Notes: a model not told the origin generated them from the sequence alone. Counted from the stretch's first letter, positions 19,862 to 30,499 are shown. The stretch is 64,000 bases of DNA from an uncultured delta proteobacterium (GCA_963737905.1 CAVTUQ010000015.1:34290-98289), one strand, 5' to 3'. Translations and numbers: made by a program.

Positions 19862-19913
19862 AAAACTGCCGATCGCGATTTGCGGGTTAGAAAGCTGAAA
19901 TTAGAAGATGCGT

Positions 19914-21047
19914 CTACGGCGCTCCGTAAAACCTTACTGCATTGTCATAGAGGATTTTCCCTTTTTGCGCGTCAGAGAGTTCGGCTCGCTCTAGAAGTTC
20001 ACTGGCCGCATCATCTCGACCTTCGCCGTGCGGGAAGTCGGAGGAAAAGAGAATATGCTCTTCGCCGACCAATTCCATTTCTTGCGGCAGCCATGGATCG
20101 TGGGCTTCAGGGGCGACAAAAAATCTGCCAGAGCTCAAATATTCCTCGATGGCTTTGGCAGGTAAACGCCCCATTGCGCGTACTGTCGGATCCTGGTGGT
20201 AACTGGGCAGATAGTGCCCCAGCCGTCCGACCACGTAGAAAAGCCATTCTGCGCCAAATTCGAGGAAGGCAACTTTCAAATCAGTATAGCGGTCGAGCAT
20301 CCCCTGGGCGACGACAGCTACGAAGCCAAGCTGAGCGGGAATGCCCATGGCAATCACATGGGCTTCGAGCCGCGTTTCCACCAGCTGATCAAAGGGCGGA
20401 TAGCTTCTTCCCATATGGACGCAAAGCGGCAGGCGGGTGCGCGTGAACTCGTCCCAGATGGGCGCGAAGCTTTTGTGAGACAGAAGACGTTCACCCGCCG
20501 TTCCGAAGACGACAGCAGCCGTGGCGCCTAATTCCTGCATTTCTCGGATGGCATCGATCCCTTCCCGGGGATCGCGGAGCGGCAGCAACCCCGCCCATTT
20601 CAAGCGCCTCGGACTGGCTTTGCACTGCCGGCCAACGTAACGGTTGTAAGCACGGAACATGGCAGCTTCGAAAAACGGATCAGATCCCATGCAGGCGTAC
20701 AAGCTCGATGGGAAAAGCATTTGAATGTCGATTCCGGTGCCGTCGAGGTCACGGAGCCGCGCCGCTGGGTCGGAGAGATCAGCCGAGCCGAGACTCTCCT
20801 TGGGAGCGCCAAAGTCCGCCATTACGGATGATGGCGTGTTGGCTCCTTGAGCGCCCGGGCCGTAGGGGTGGGGCTCCATGCGCCCTTCGATGAGCCATCC
20901 GGTTCCGCGAATGCCCGCCCCGGCAGTATCTGCGATGCGAAGAGGCCGTGGCCGCCTAGCGTTGACTTCTTCCGGCAGATCGGCCCACATTTTCGGGCTC
21001 ATCATCACATGGGCATCCGCGTCGTAGATTTTGTAGCTGTGTATCAT
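19914..21047 (-). CDS. Amidohydrolase_2 family (ACMSD/LigW/LigJ-like)
   Basis: DADAH, LCVHMG, FLEFGAEW, FSSDFPHGE. Confidence 0.88.
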   Translation of the reverse strand: MIHSYKIYDADAHVMMSPKMWADLPEEVNARRPRPLRIADTAGAGIRGTGWLIEGRMEPHPYGPGAQGANTPSSVMADFGAPKESLGSADLSDPAARLRDLDGTGIDIQMLFPSSLYACMGSDPFFEAAMFRAYNRYVGRQCKASPRRLKWAGLLPLRDPREGIDAIREMQELGATAAVVFGTAGERLLSHKSFAPIWDEFTRTRLPLCVHMGRSYPPFDQLVETRLEAHVIAMGIPAQLGFVAVVAQGMLDRYTDLKVAFLEFGAEWLFYVVGRLGHYLPSYHQDPTVRAMGRLPAKAIEEYLSSGRFFVAPEAHDPWLPQEMELVGEEHILFSSDFPHGEGRDDAASELLERAELSDAQKGKILYDNAVRFYGAP

Positions 21048-21081
21048 CTGGTTACTTCTTATGCGGAGTGCGAAGAAAACT

Positions 21082-22530
21082 TTACGCCAACTCTTTTTTC
21101 CACTTCTCTTCGACTTTTTTCTTTAGCTCTGCGCTCAGCGCATTCACAGGCGGGAAGCGGTCTCGCCACGCGTAAGGTCGGCAGGCGTTCAGGATCGCGC
21201 GGCTATTGATGAAGTTTCCAGCGTCCCGCTGGTCCGGGTGCATGGCGGGATCCAGAGGCGTACTCCAACAGCCGTCGATAATGCTGATAGCGGTTTTGGG
21301 ATCACATCTCGTGGAAACCGCCCAGATGACTTCTTTCATGTCCGAGGGATCGATATCATCATCGACCACGATGACGAACCGGCCATGGTAGTTTCCTGCG
21401 CGGGAGCCGAGGGCAGCGATTCCTGCCTGCTGCGCGTGGCCATGGTAGCGTTGTTTCACTGATACGATGATAAACGGCGCGCCACCGGCGGCGGCCGATC
21501 CGCCCACGTAGCACCAGACGCCCTTGATGTCGGGAACATCGGCCTTCTCTAAGTAGTTCCAGATCGCGGCGGCTCCGATAGGTACGCCAAACGTGATGAA
21601 CGGCGGCTTCAAGGGCGGTGCGCCGGCGAGGATCGGATCATTTCGATAATAAAGTTTTTTGACACGAATCACCGGCTCCTTGGCTGCGCCGTGCGCGTAG
21701 TAGCCGGGCCATTCGCCGAAAGGACCTTCCGTCTGAACTTGCTCGGTGGGCGGAGGAACTTCGCCTTCAATGGCGATTTCGGCTGTGGCAGGGATGGGAA
21801 GCCCGGTGACGTCACCGCGAATGATGTCGACCGGCGCCCCGCGCAGGCCACCGCAGTAATCGAATTCGGACATGCCATAGGGAATCGATTGGCCCGCTAC
21901 TAAAAAGAGGAGAGGATCTTGTCCGAAGGTAACCACCACCGGGCAACTCTTGCCCTTCTCCCAGTATTTTTCCCGCATGATGCGCGCGTGATGGCCCGGC
22001 GAGACATACAGGCCGAGTGTATTTCGATTATGAATCTGCACGCGATAGATACCGATATTGACCCAACCGCCTTCTTCCGGCTCGCCCGTGATGACGCAGT
22101 CGGCGGTGCCGATGTAACGGCCGCCGTCCAGCTCATGCCAATGCGGCGTCGGAAAAATCGTCATGTCGATATCGGCACCGCTCTTTACGTTCTCTAGGAC
22201 CGGCCCGTTGGAAACTACCCTCGGCGGAATCGGTTTTACGCCTTTCAGAAGTTCTCTCCATCTCGCCACGAGAGTAATGGGGCTCGCATCGGCCGGCATG
22301 CCGACCGTCAAGCCTGAGCGCACCGGGTTACTGATGAGATTGGAGGCAACACGGAAGTTGGGCGGGTAGCCGGGAACCTGGTCGAAGAGCACCAAAGGGG
22401 AGGGCTCTTTGAAGGCGAACATTTCCGTGAGGGCGCCGATTTCAAGATTCCAGTGAGCGCCATGAATTTCTTTCACCTGTCCCTGCTCTCGCGCAGCGGC
22501 GATAAAATCACGTAGGTCGTTAAAAGGCAT
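21082..22530 (-). CDS. UbiD-family decarboxylase (canonical R/E/E)
   Basis: DLRDFI, LDGGRYIGT, NIGIYR, EGPFGEWPGY. Confidence 0.94.
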   Translation of the reverse strand: MPFNDLRDFIAAAREQGQVKEIHGAHWNLEIGALTEMFAFKEPSPLVLFDQVPGYPPNFRVASNLISNPVRSGLTVGMPADASPITLVARWRELLKGVKPIPPRVVSNGPVLENVKSGADIDMTIFPTPHWHELDGGRYIGTADCVITGEPEEGGWVNIGIYRVQIHNRNTLGLYVSPGHHARIMREKYWEKGKSCPVVVTFGQDPLLFLVAGQSIPYGMSEFDYCGGLRGAPVDIIRGDVTGLPIPATAEIAIEGEVPPPTEQVQTEGPFGEWPGYYAHGAAKEPVIRVKKLYYRNDPILAGAPPLKPPFITFGVPIGAAAIWNYLEKADVPDIKGVWCYVGGSAAAGGAPFIIVSVKQRYHGHAQQAGIAALGSRAGNYHGRFVIVVDDDIDPSDMKEVIWAVSTRCDPKTAISIIDGCWSTPLDPAMHPDQRDAGNFINSRAILNACRPYAWRDRFPPVNALSAELKKKVEEKWKKELA

Positions 22531-22607
22531 AATCGCGCTCTTGAGTATTTCTAGTCACTGGTCGACCGTTGGCGAGGTCGTGTGACTGGGTGATCGTCAA
22601 TTTTGGA

Positions 22608-22698
22608 TCACCACGAAGCACACGAAGAGCACGAAGGAAGAAACCGTTTTTATCAGATTCAATTCCAGTCTTCGTGTCCTTCGCGATCTTCGTGGTGA
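22608..22698. repeat. Palindromic element with 9-bp CACGAAG sub-repeats
   Basis: TCACCACGAAG(ca)CACGAAG(ag)CACGAAG, spacer, then CTTCGTG..CTTCGCG..CTTCGTGGTGA. Confidence 0.85.
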
Positions 22699-22711
22699 GC
22701 TTCCTCTTCTT

Positions 22712-23513
22712 TCAAAAATGTCCAAGTTCTCTTGAATGTCTATAGATCCCATCGTGGAACATCGCCACGAAATCAGCGTTCGTGAGGCAGCAATACTCTG
22801 GACTCCAGCCGGGACGGAACCAGGTGAGACCGTCCTGCAAAAGCGCCTCGAAAACCCTTCGAGCGACCTCCCCGTGCGCCATCAATCCGTCCTCGTGTTC
22901 ATGAAGATCGGCCTCTTCGTGGACTTGAAAATAGTGGAGATCCGGTTCCTTGACATGGTATTTTTCAAGTAACGCTTGACGCCAGCGCTTCGCCCAATGG
23001 CCAAACATTTCTTCGTTCAATGATCGCGCCCACCACTCGATCATGCTGCCTTCGTACACCAAGCCGCGGCCGAATTCAGTAAGCGCCCGGCACTCAGGGA
23101 GCACTTCGCAGTTCACCATCTCGTCGAGTGTGACACCGAAAGCTTCGCCCTGTTTGATCAACACCTGGATGTGGCCAGGAATACTGGGGTTCACCAGTTC
23201 ATCGCTGATTTTGCCAACGTAGGGCACCAGCAGTTCACGGTGGCGCGCAAAGAAACCTTGATGCCGCTGATAGATAATCAAGTGAAAATTATTGATCTCC
23301 ACCGGATAGCTGTACCAGTGTTTCCAGAATAGCCGGATGGTTGCCATCGGCAGCTTGCCCGCTTCGAGATCGCGCATGAAGGCGCCGCCGAAAACTCTTT
23401 TCGTTCCAGCGCGCGTACATGCGGTGCTTGATCTCGTCGGTGAAGGCTTTCGCCTCGCCCGGACGAAAACTTCTTGCCGATTTCAACACTAGGGGTTGAT
23501 GGGTAGCTGTCAT
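22712..23513 (-). CDS. Heme-oxygenase-like diiron protein (CADD/PqqC/TenA fold), frameshifted near 23398
   Basis: ISDE..GH, NEE and YFQVHEEADLHEH; ORFs 23289-23513 and 22712-23377 join if one base is removed. Confidence 0.7.
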
Positions 23514-23563
23514 TTATTTTTCCGTCGCGCGGCAGAGCCTCAACTAAAATCGAAGGAAACATT

Positions 23564-23653
23564 TCACCACGAAGGTCGCGAAGAACACGAAGTAAGAAAA
23601 TTGAAATGTAATAATTTCCGAATCCTTCGTGTCCTTCGTGCGCTTCGTGGTGA
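23564..23653. repeat. Second CACGAAG palindromic element
   Basis: TCACCACGAAG..CGCGAAG..CACGAAG, spacer, then CTTCGTG x3 ending GTGA. Confidence 0.85.
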
Positions 23654-23697
23654 GAAAGTCTTTCGTCGAATATGCGTCCCTGCAGGGAACAACCAGG

Positions 23698-24615
23698 TCA
23701 GAGGGCGGCGCCGGTTTTCGCTATCCCTTCTTTCAACTCCGCCCGGTCTTTCTCAGTGAACGGCGCGCACTCCCAGCGTGGGAAGCGTTCGACGGGTAAG
23801 CCGCGCATGCGCATGAGTTCGCAGAATACCCCCCGTCCATGAGTGCGCAAAAAACGACCGACGACCTGCATCAGTCTGGTTAACAGATCATGCTCCTTTT
23901 GTGCTGCTTGAAGATTGCCCGCTTTCAAGGCTTCGTACATTTTTACGCAAGTCTCCGGAAATGGAGTTGACGGCGGGTGAATGGCGCCGCGAACACCGAC
24001 TGAATAACCGGTATAAAGCGAGAAGATACCGCCGGGAAAAACTCCAACGGATTTGGGCAACTGATACACGTAGCCCAGGAGCTTATCATAAGCGATGAAC
24101 GACACCTTGATGCCTGCTAAAGGGTTGGGAGCGATGGCTTCAATGATCTTGTTTGCCTTGGGCGGCGTGATTTCTACGTGAGTGGTTTCCGTATTATCGT
24201 AAATAAAAAGAGGCACGCCGGGAACGGCTTTGGCGATGGCCTTGTAATGGGCGTAGACCTCATAGTCATCGTGGGGATAATAATAGGGCGGGACGACGCC
24301 GATGGCATCAATCCCAAGTCCGGCGGCATGCTTGGCAAGATCGATGGATGAGTAAGTATTGGCCGTGCCGATGTGCATGACCACGGGGACTCGGCCTCGG
24401 ACGCGGTTGACAATCTGCTCGGCAACCTTTTTCCGCTCGTCAATTTCCATCACCATGCCTTGACCATGAGTGCCCAAAGGAAAAAATCCATGGACTCCGG
24501 CCGCCAGGTAGAAGTCGATGATCGCATCCGTTCCTGCAGGATCGATGGCGCCGTCATTCTTGAAAGCCACTGGCATCGGCATCAAGATTCCTTCAAGTTT
24601 CCTGTCGCTTGGCAT
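23698..24615 (-). CDS. Dihydrodipicolinate synthase-family aldolase/lyase
   Basis: LGTHGQG, VPPYYY, FIYDN and Schiff-base GIKVS. Confidence 0.88.
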   Translation of the reverse strand: MPSDRKLEGILMPMPVAFKNDGAIDPAGTDAIIDFYLAAGVHGFFPLGTHGQGMVMEIDERKKVAEQIVNRVRGRVPVVMHIGTANTYSSIDLAKHAAGLGIDAIGVVPPYYYPHDDYEVYAHYKAIAKAVPGVPLFIYDNTETTHVEITPPKANKIIEAIAPNPLAGIKVSFIAYDKLLGYVYQLPKSVGVFPGGIFSLYTGYSVGVRGAIHPPSTPFPETCVKMYEALKAGNLQAAQKEHDLLTRLMQVVGRFLRTHGRGVFCELMRMRGLPVERFPRWECAPFTEKDRAELKEGIAKTGAAL

Positions 24616-24757
24616 AAGATCTCCTTTCCTAAATCAATCGAATTGCCCGTATCCATATCGCAACCTAAGAGATAATTCCACCCTAAGGCTAGACCAGTAG
24701 TCCTTTTCATGCCAAGGTGAACAATAGATCAATTGGCGAAGGTGTTCAGGAGGAGCA

Positions 24758-25276
24758 ATGGCAGAGAACGAAAAGAATCCAGTAGTAACCTTGTCCACGA
24801 ATATGGGCGACATTCGCATTGAGCTCAATGCCGATAAAGCGCCTATCACGACAAGAAATTTTCTAGAATATGTAAACGACGCCTATTACGACGGTCTCAT
24901 TTTTCATCGGGTAATCCCTGGTTTCATGATTCAGGGCGGTGGCTTCGATTCCGGGATGAGTCAGAAGAAAACCAAATCGCCGATTAAAAACGAAGCCGCC
25001 AATGGTCTGAAAAACATCATCGGCAGTATCGCAATGGCGCGGACCAACGTGGTTGATAGTGCCACGGCGCAGTTTTTTATCAATGTTAAGGACAACGATT
25101 TCTTGAATCACAAGAATACCTCGCCGGATGGCTATGGCTATGCGGTCTTTGGCCAGGTCATTGAAGGCATGGATGTGGTGCAGTCGATCGAGAAGGTGAA
25201 AACCGGCAACCGCGGCATGCACCAAGACGTGCCGGCAGAGGCCGTGGTGATCAATTCTGTCAAAGTCGAATCCTAA
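24758..25276 (+). CDS. Cyclophilin-type peptidyl-prolyl isomerase
   Basis: [24 protein letters not shown]. Confidence 0.96.
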   Translation: MAENEKNPVVTLSTNMGDIRIELNADKAPITTRNFLEYVNDAYYDGLIFHRVIPGFMIQGGGFDSGMSQKKTKSPIKNEAANGLKNIIGSIAMARTNVVDSATAQFFINVKDNDFLNHKNTSPDGYGYAVFGQVIEGMDVVQSIEKVKTGNRGMHQDVPAEAVVINSVKVES

Positions 25277-25365
25277 CAGACCGTTATGCGGGCCATCTGG
25301 CTGACGCGGTTCTGTTCTCTGGGGAGCGAGTTACAAACCTTTCACTGAAACCTGGAACCAAGCAC

Positions 25366-26123
25366 CTATGACGTCCAGATGCCCTTGGGGTCATATTTCC
25401 TGACAGCCGCGAGTTCGTCGTTGGTTGGAGGCGGCGTCTCGCATACGTCCGGGGAAACTTTCAAGGGCCAACCTGTTTCGTTTTTGATTTCTTCTACGGA
25501 AGCTCCCGGATGGTTCGAGATCAATACCATTTCATGGGTTACGGGATCGAATGAAAAAATTCCCATGCTTGTGATTACCCGGCTTGGGCCGCCACCGGAC
25601 AGGCCCCGTTGTTCACGCCAATCAGCTCCGTCGCCATAGCCCGGCGACGTGACGTAATAAACCCTGGGCTGAAAGCGCCGCTTCTCATGGTTCATGATGA
25701 TAATACAGCGCTTGGCCATCGTCGCGATGTCCGCGGCGCCGCCGCTTCCAGGCAGCCGAATCCGTTTGCCGTTCTCTTCGACCCAGTGGGTATTCAAATT
25801 GCCGAAGCGATCGACCTCAGCGCCTCCGATGAAGCCGAGATCGACCCGATTGCTTTGCAGAAGATACATGACGTCGTTCAAGCTGCCGCAACAGAGAGCG
25901 CGAGCGACGTTCGGCGGATCGCTCATGGTGAAGATCGATTCCAGCGCCGGCCAATCACGAATGACGCCGTTCTCGAAAATACCCAAGAGCATTGGGAGCA
26001 TGAAGCTCCTTAGCCACCGCGAAGCCTAACAACGGCAAACGCATACCGACGAAATACTTTCTCGCCGTCACGAATCTCACGCGCCGCGGCCGCGACCATT
26101 AGTTCCCTTCGGGTATAGGTCAT
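25366..26123 (-). CDS. Family I CoA-transferase beta subunit (GctB-like), two frameshifts near 25985 and 26053
   Basis: Reconstructed N-terminus MTYTRRELMVAAAAREIRDGEKVFVGMRLP; GAEVDRFGNLN and LPGSGGAADIA. Confidence 0.82.
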
Positions 26124-26200
26124 CGTTCAAAGTTCAAGGTTTAATGTTCAACGTTCGGAGTCCTGGGAATCCTTGAACCTGGAACCTTGAACGTTGAACT
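26124..26200. repeat. 7-bp period inverted tandem repeat (GTTCAAn / TTGAACn)
   Basis: cgttcaa agttcaa ggtttaa tgttcaa ... ttgaacc tggaacc ttgaacg ttgaact. Confidence 0.8.
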
Positions 26201-26205
26201 GAAGG

Positions 26206-26640
26206 TTAGGCCTTATTGAACGCGTCGATTCCGGCTTGCCCGATCTGCCGGTCCACCGCTGACGGGGCCCCACTGACGCCAACTGCGCCAATACATTGAC
26301 CTTCCAGCGTGATCGGAAGACCACCCTCGATGCTGATGAACCAACCCGGGCCCACACCGAGTGTTTGGGCGAGCACTTGATGATCGGGGATCTCCGCGCC
26401 TTCGCGGTTGGTTTTGCCGGTGGCGGCAGTGGTGAGCGCCGCTCCGCGAGCCTTGGCGAGTGCCAGGTGGGTGTTGTGCGTACGACCGTTGGTCATCCGT
26501 TTGAAGGCAAACAGATGCCCGCCTGCATCGACAACGGCTATGCTCACGATCTGTTTAAGCTCCTTGGCTTTTTCGATCGCCGCGTTGACGATGATGTCCG
26601 AGCCCTCTTGTGTTAACTTGAAAGACGCCACGGCCTTCAT
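26206..26640 (-). CDS. GlcG/HbpS-family heme-binding protein
   Basis: SIAVVDAGG, GGLPI, IGAVGVSG..D. Confidence 0.88.
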   Translation of the reverse strand: MKAVASFKLTQEGSDIIVNAAIEKAKELKQIVSIAVVDAGGHLFAFKRMTNGRTHNTHLALAKARGAALTTAATGKTNREGAEIPDHQVLAQTLGVGPGWFISIEGGLPITLEGQCIGAVGVSGAPSAVDRQIGQAGIDAFNKA

Positions 26641-26685
26641 AAGATTCCTCCTTATCAGTTTGATTCACGTTGGTGCTTAGAGAAA

Positions 26686-26751
26686 AGGTCCTTCACCGCG
26701 TTCAGAATGACGGTAATTCTGCTATGTCATGCTGAGTGAAGCGAAGCATCT
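26686..26751. repeat. REP-like inverted pair (GTCAT-type)
   Basis: aggtccttcaccgcgttcagaatgac / gtcatgctgagtgaagcgaagcatct are imperfect reverse complements. Confidence 0.65.
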
Positions 26752-26791
26752 AATTTCGTCTCACAGAAACTCGTGATTCTCAAGTGAGCCG

Positions 26792-27712
26792 CTAGTAGTT
26801 GAAACTCACGGCCGGTGCGAACAAATTTCCAGTCGGCTTCAGTTGCTTCACTCGTTCTTTGCCCAGGAGATCGAGAAACTCGCGATGATCCTTTAGCCCC
26901 AATACCCATGTTTGCAACCACTGCTCAAAGCCTTCGCGGGATCGCGCCGCCTTGTGGTACTCGAAATAAAAATTGTCATCCCGCCGAGCGTACCCTTGAG
27001 TCGGCGAAGGGTGAGAGCCGAAAGGTTGATGCACAACACTGGAAATCACGAAACCGGGTATGACATTTCGGTTCGGGTCACTCAAAATCACCTCGTGGTC
27101 CACGATCTCTTCGCAGCTAAGAATCACTTTCTTGGCAGCGAAAGCGGCCTCGCGCATCACTCCGAAGTTACCCCAGGCGTGGGCGTTGCCCTCCTTGTCC
27201 GCCCGTTGCACGTGAAGAATGGTCACGTCCGGCCGGATCGCTCGCACGGCTAAGAGTTCTTCGTCGGTAAACGGACAGTGAATAGAAGCAAACTGACTAC
27301 TGTGACGAAAATCACTCCCTTTAACCGTCCTGGTCGGAAGAAAGGGCAGACCCGCGGCTCCGGCCTGCAATCCGAGGCCGATGGTAAAATTGGAGTGTTC
27401 CTCGATCTCGATGGGTTGGGGAATTCCCGCTTCCGCGGCGCGGCGATAGTTGTGCCCCAACCCCGCGGCCACGTTACCAACCCAAGAGGCGACGATTCTC
27501 CTCACACAGCCTGCGCCGATGAGCTGATCAAACTGCATATCGGAGATCGGCCCAATGAGAGTCAGATTTCTTTTCCTCTGGCGGATGATTTCATAGCTCG
27601 CGGCAAATGGAATCAACGATTCGAGGGCGCAGCCCATGGCCACGGACATGTCGTCCTGAACGTCCGCAGCGATAGCATCATGAAGCGAACGCATTTTGTC
27701 CATAACGGCCAT
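26792..27712 (-). CDS. Family I CoA-transferase alpha subunit (GctA-like)
   Basis: EIIRQRKRNLTL, DQLIGAG, PDVTILHVQRADKEGN. Confidence 0.9.
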   Translation of the reverse strand: MAVMDKMRSLHDAIAADVQDDMSVAMGCALESLIPFAASYEIIRQRKRNLTLIGPISDMQFDQLIGAGCVRRIVASWVGNVAAGLGHNYRRAAEAGIPQPIEIEEHSNFTIGLGLQAGAAGLPFLPTRTVKGSDFRHSSQFASIHCPFTDEELLAVRAIRPDVTILHVQRADKEGNAHAWGNFGVMREAAFAAKKVILSCEEIVDHEVILSDPNRNVIPGFVISSVVHQPFGSHPSPTQGYARRDDNFYFEYHKAARSREGFEQWLQTWVLGLKDHREFLDLLGKERVKQLKPTGNLFAPAVSFNY

Positions 27713-27796
27713 CTGTATCTGGTAAAAAAATAGAGTTCAATCGAAATTGGGCTAGTAAAATTCATCCACGTGGCAGATAAAATCTCCGGCTTGCCG

Positions 27797-28558
27797 TTAA
27801 AAGTCGCGCATGAGTCTCTGCGGCCGCCACTGGTTCGCTCGGCGCGCCTCTATGTAATCCGGGCGGGCGAATAGCTTCACAAGCACGACCCCTGCAACAA
27901 ATCCGCCGGTATGGGCCCAGAAGGCCACGCCGCCGACATCGCCGCCGAAGGCCGCCAGTCCGCTTACAAACTGAATGAGTAACCAATAACCGAGCATTAT
28001 CCAGGCAGGCAGGGCTACGGAGGTAACGAAGAATCCAAGGAATATCAACGCGAAGACGCGTACCTTCGGATAAAGTACCAGGTAGGCGCCCATCACCCCG
28101 CTGATAGCTCCTGACGCGCCGACCATCGGAATCGCCGAGTTGGGATTCGTGAGGACCTGTCCCATGGCAGCCGCCAAACCACAGAGCAGATAGAAGATCA
28201 AAAAGCGCAGCCGTCCCATAGAATCCTCGACATTGTTACCAAAGAGCCACAGGAACCACATATTCCCTAACAGATGCATCCAGGAGCCATGCAGGAACAT
28301 CGAGGTTACTAGGTGCGAGATCTGCGGGCCCGGGTCCGTAGCGCAGACTAACCCATCGCCAATCGGGAAGCTCGTCCCGACAGGAAGTGAACCCGTTAGC
28401 TCTCCGGGAATGAGCCCAAGATTGCAGACGGATCGGGCCAGCGCCATCGTGCTGCCGGCTCCTTGTACCATGATCCAAACTAAGACGTTCAGCGCGATAA
28501 TCACCCCCGTGACTATGGCCGCGCGCAGCGTCTCATTTTCATCACGATAGGGAAACAT
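27797..28558 (-). CDS. Rhomboid intramembrane serine protease
   Basis: HLLGNM, GASG, AHTGG. Confidence 0.95.
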   Translation of the reverse strand: MFPYRDENETLRAAIVTGVIIALNVLVWIMVQGAGSTMALARSVCNLGLIPGELTGSLPVGTSFPIGDGLVCATDPGPQISHLVTSMFLHGSWMHLLGNMWFLWLFGNNVEDSMGRLRFLIFYLLCGLAAAMGQVLTNPNSAIPMVGASGAISGVMGAYLVLYPKVRVFALIFLGFFVTSVALPAWIMLGYWLLIQFVSGLAAFGGDVGGVAFWAHTGGFVAGVVLVKLFARPDYIEARRANQWRPQRLMRDF

Positions 28559-28867
28559 ATTGGCTTATCCTCCTACGTCGTCGCTTCGATCAGGACGTCT
28601 GCCAGTGGAAAATCGACAAAATCAGGCAACGTGAGCCGCCTGTTCCGCAATACTTTACATATCAGATGTCACTTGCCAAGATATAGCGCGGCAGGAGTCC
28701 CTCCGGGAGTTTCAAGCGAAACACATGGCTACGAGCAACGACTATCAAAACCAAACGCATCGCGGCGGAAATAGAAGCTTGACAAGTTTTTCGCAAATGA
28801 AGGATATTTGTATTACTGGGTCTCAAGTTCTGAGATCCGCTCGGCATACACTATCGGAAGGCTCACC

Positions 28868-29960
28868 ATGAAGATTACACGCATTAGATCACAGATTATG
28901 AAACTGCCCGCCGAGGAGCCGCTTGCCGGTGGGCCCGGTTTTTACCGTCCGTTTTTCGAGTTCGTGACCTTGCGAATGGAAACGGACACCGGGATCGAAG
29001 GGATCGGCGTCACTTTCTTTGGCGGGACTCTCACGACAACGCTGAAGCACGCCGTAGACCAACTCAGCGAACTGGTGATAGGCGAAGATCCAATGCGCAT
29101 CGAGGCCATTGGCCGCAAGGTTCGCGCTGCGGCGGGTCGGAGCCGGCCCTGGCGGGATAGCCACTTTGGCTTTCTCTGCCATCGACATGGCGCTCTGGGA
29201 TATCAAGGGCAAGGCCCTCGGCCAATCACTTGCCATGATGCTCGGCGGGCTGCGCGACCGCGTTGCCACCTATGCCAGCGGCGCATTGTCGCGGACCTCG
29301 CCACTGGAGCACGTCGTCAAGGCGGGGCCGGTGCTCGTGGAGAAGGGTTTCAAGCAGATGAAGATGCAGCTCGCGCTCCCGGGTGATACGACGCCCGCGC
29401 GCGAAGTGGAGCGCGCCAGGCTCATTCGTGAAGCCGTCGGGCCGGATATCGATCTGATGTGCGATATCAATCAGCGCTGGAGCGTCAATCAGGCGATCGA
29501 CATCGGGCGGCGGGTAGAGGAATTTCACCTGTTTTGGCTCGAAGACGTGAGCGTGCATGACGACTATGCCGGGCTCGCCCGTGTCGCTGATGCGCTGGCT
29601 ACGCCGCTGGCTGGCGGCGAGTGTGTTTACGGCATCACGCCTTTCCGGCACATGATCGAGGCGCGCTCGGTGGACATCGTCATGATCGATCTCTTGCGCG
29701 TGGGCGGCATCGCCAACTGGATGAAGGTTGCCGGAATGGCGGAGGCCTTCAACCTGCCGGTGGTCAGCCATCTCTTGCCCGAGATTCACGTGCATCTCGT
29801 ATCGTCTGTTCCCAACGGTCTCACTGTCGAGTATATGCCGTGGTCGTTCAGGCTGTTCGACGAAGTGCCCGTACCAGAGAAGGGTGAACTCATAGTGCCG
29901 TCGAAACCCGGCCTGGGGCTCGAGTTTAGCCGGGACATCGACCGGTACGTCGTCGGTTAG
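28868..29960 (+). CDS. Mandelate racemase/muconate lactonizing enzyme family, frameshifted near 29138
   Basis: AIDMALWDIKGK, KxK-like KQMKM, DINQ, WLED, GGE, SH; N-domain lies in another frame. Confidence 0.87.
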
Positions 29961-30010
29961 GAAAATCGGCTGCGCAGGATCGTCGGGTTACAGAAGAGAA
30001 GGAGAATGAA

Positions 30011-30481
30011 ATGAACGCTACATCCCAGGACAATTGGCGCGATAATGGAGTCAAGATCATTCCGAGCACGCAACTCGATCTCAACACGCCCCAAACTCCT
30101 GGTATGACGCGCGCGGCAGCGATCAACCGCGCTCGAGCCGGAGCCAATAAGCTCTGGGCCGGGACTGCCAATATTCACCCTAATGCCAAGACGGCGCCTC
30201 ATCATCATGGCGAACTGGAAAGTATCATCTATGTGATCAGTGGTAGAGCGAGGATGCGTTGGGGTGAACAGTTGGAGTTCTTTGCGGACGCTGGCCCTGG
30301 CGATTTTATCTACGTGCCTCCGTTTGTGCCCCATCAAGAGATTAACGCCGATCCAAATGAACCTCTAATGTGCGTCGTCGTACGAAGCGATCAAGAACCC
30401 GTCGTGGTGAATCTCGATTTACCCACGGTAGAGCAGCCGGAAGAAGTTTATTGGGTCGATCCGGTCCATCCAAGGTCTTAA
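30011..30481 (+). CDS. Monocupin protein
   Basis: HHHGELESIIYVISG and GDFIYVPPFVPHQE. Confidence 0.85.
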   Translation: MNATSQDNWRDNGVKIIPSTQLDLNTPQTPGMTRAAAINRARAGANKLWAGTANIHPNAKTAPHHHGELESIIYVISGRARMRWGEQLEFFADAGPGDFIYVPPFVPHQEINADPNEPLMCVVVRSDQEPVVVNLDLPTVEQPEEVYWVDPVHPRS

Positions 30482-30499
30482 ACAATTACTGGAAACCTC

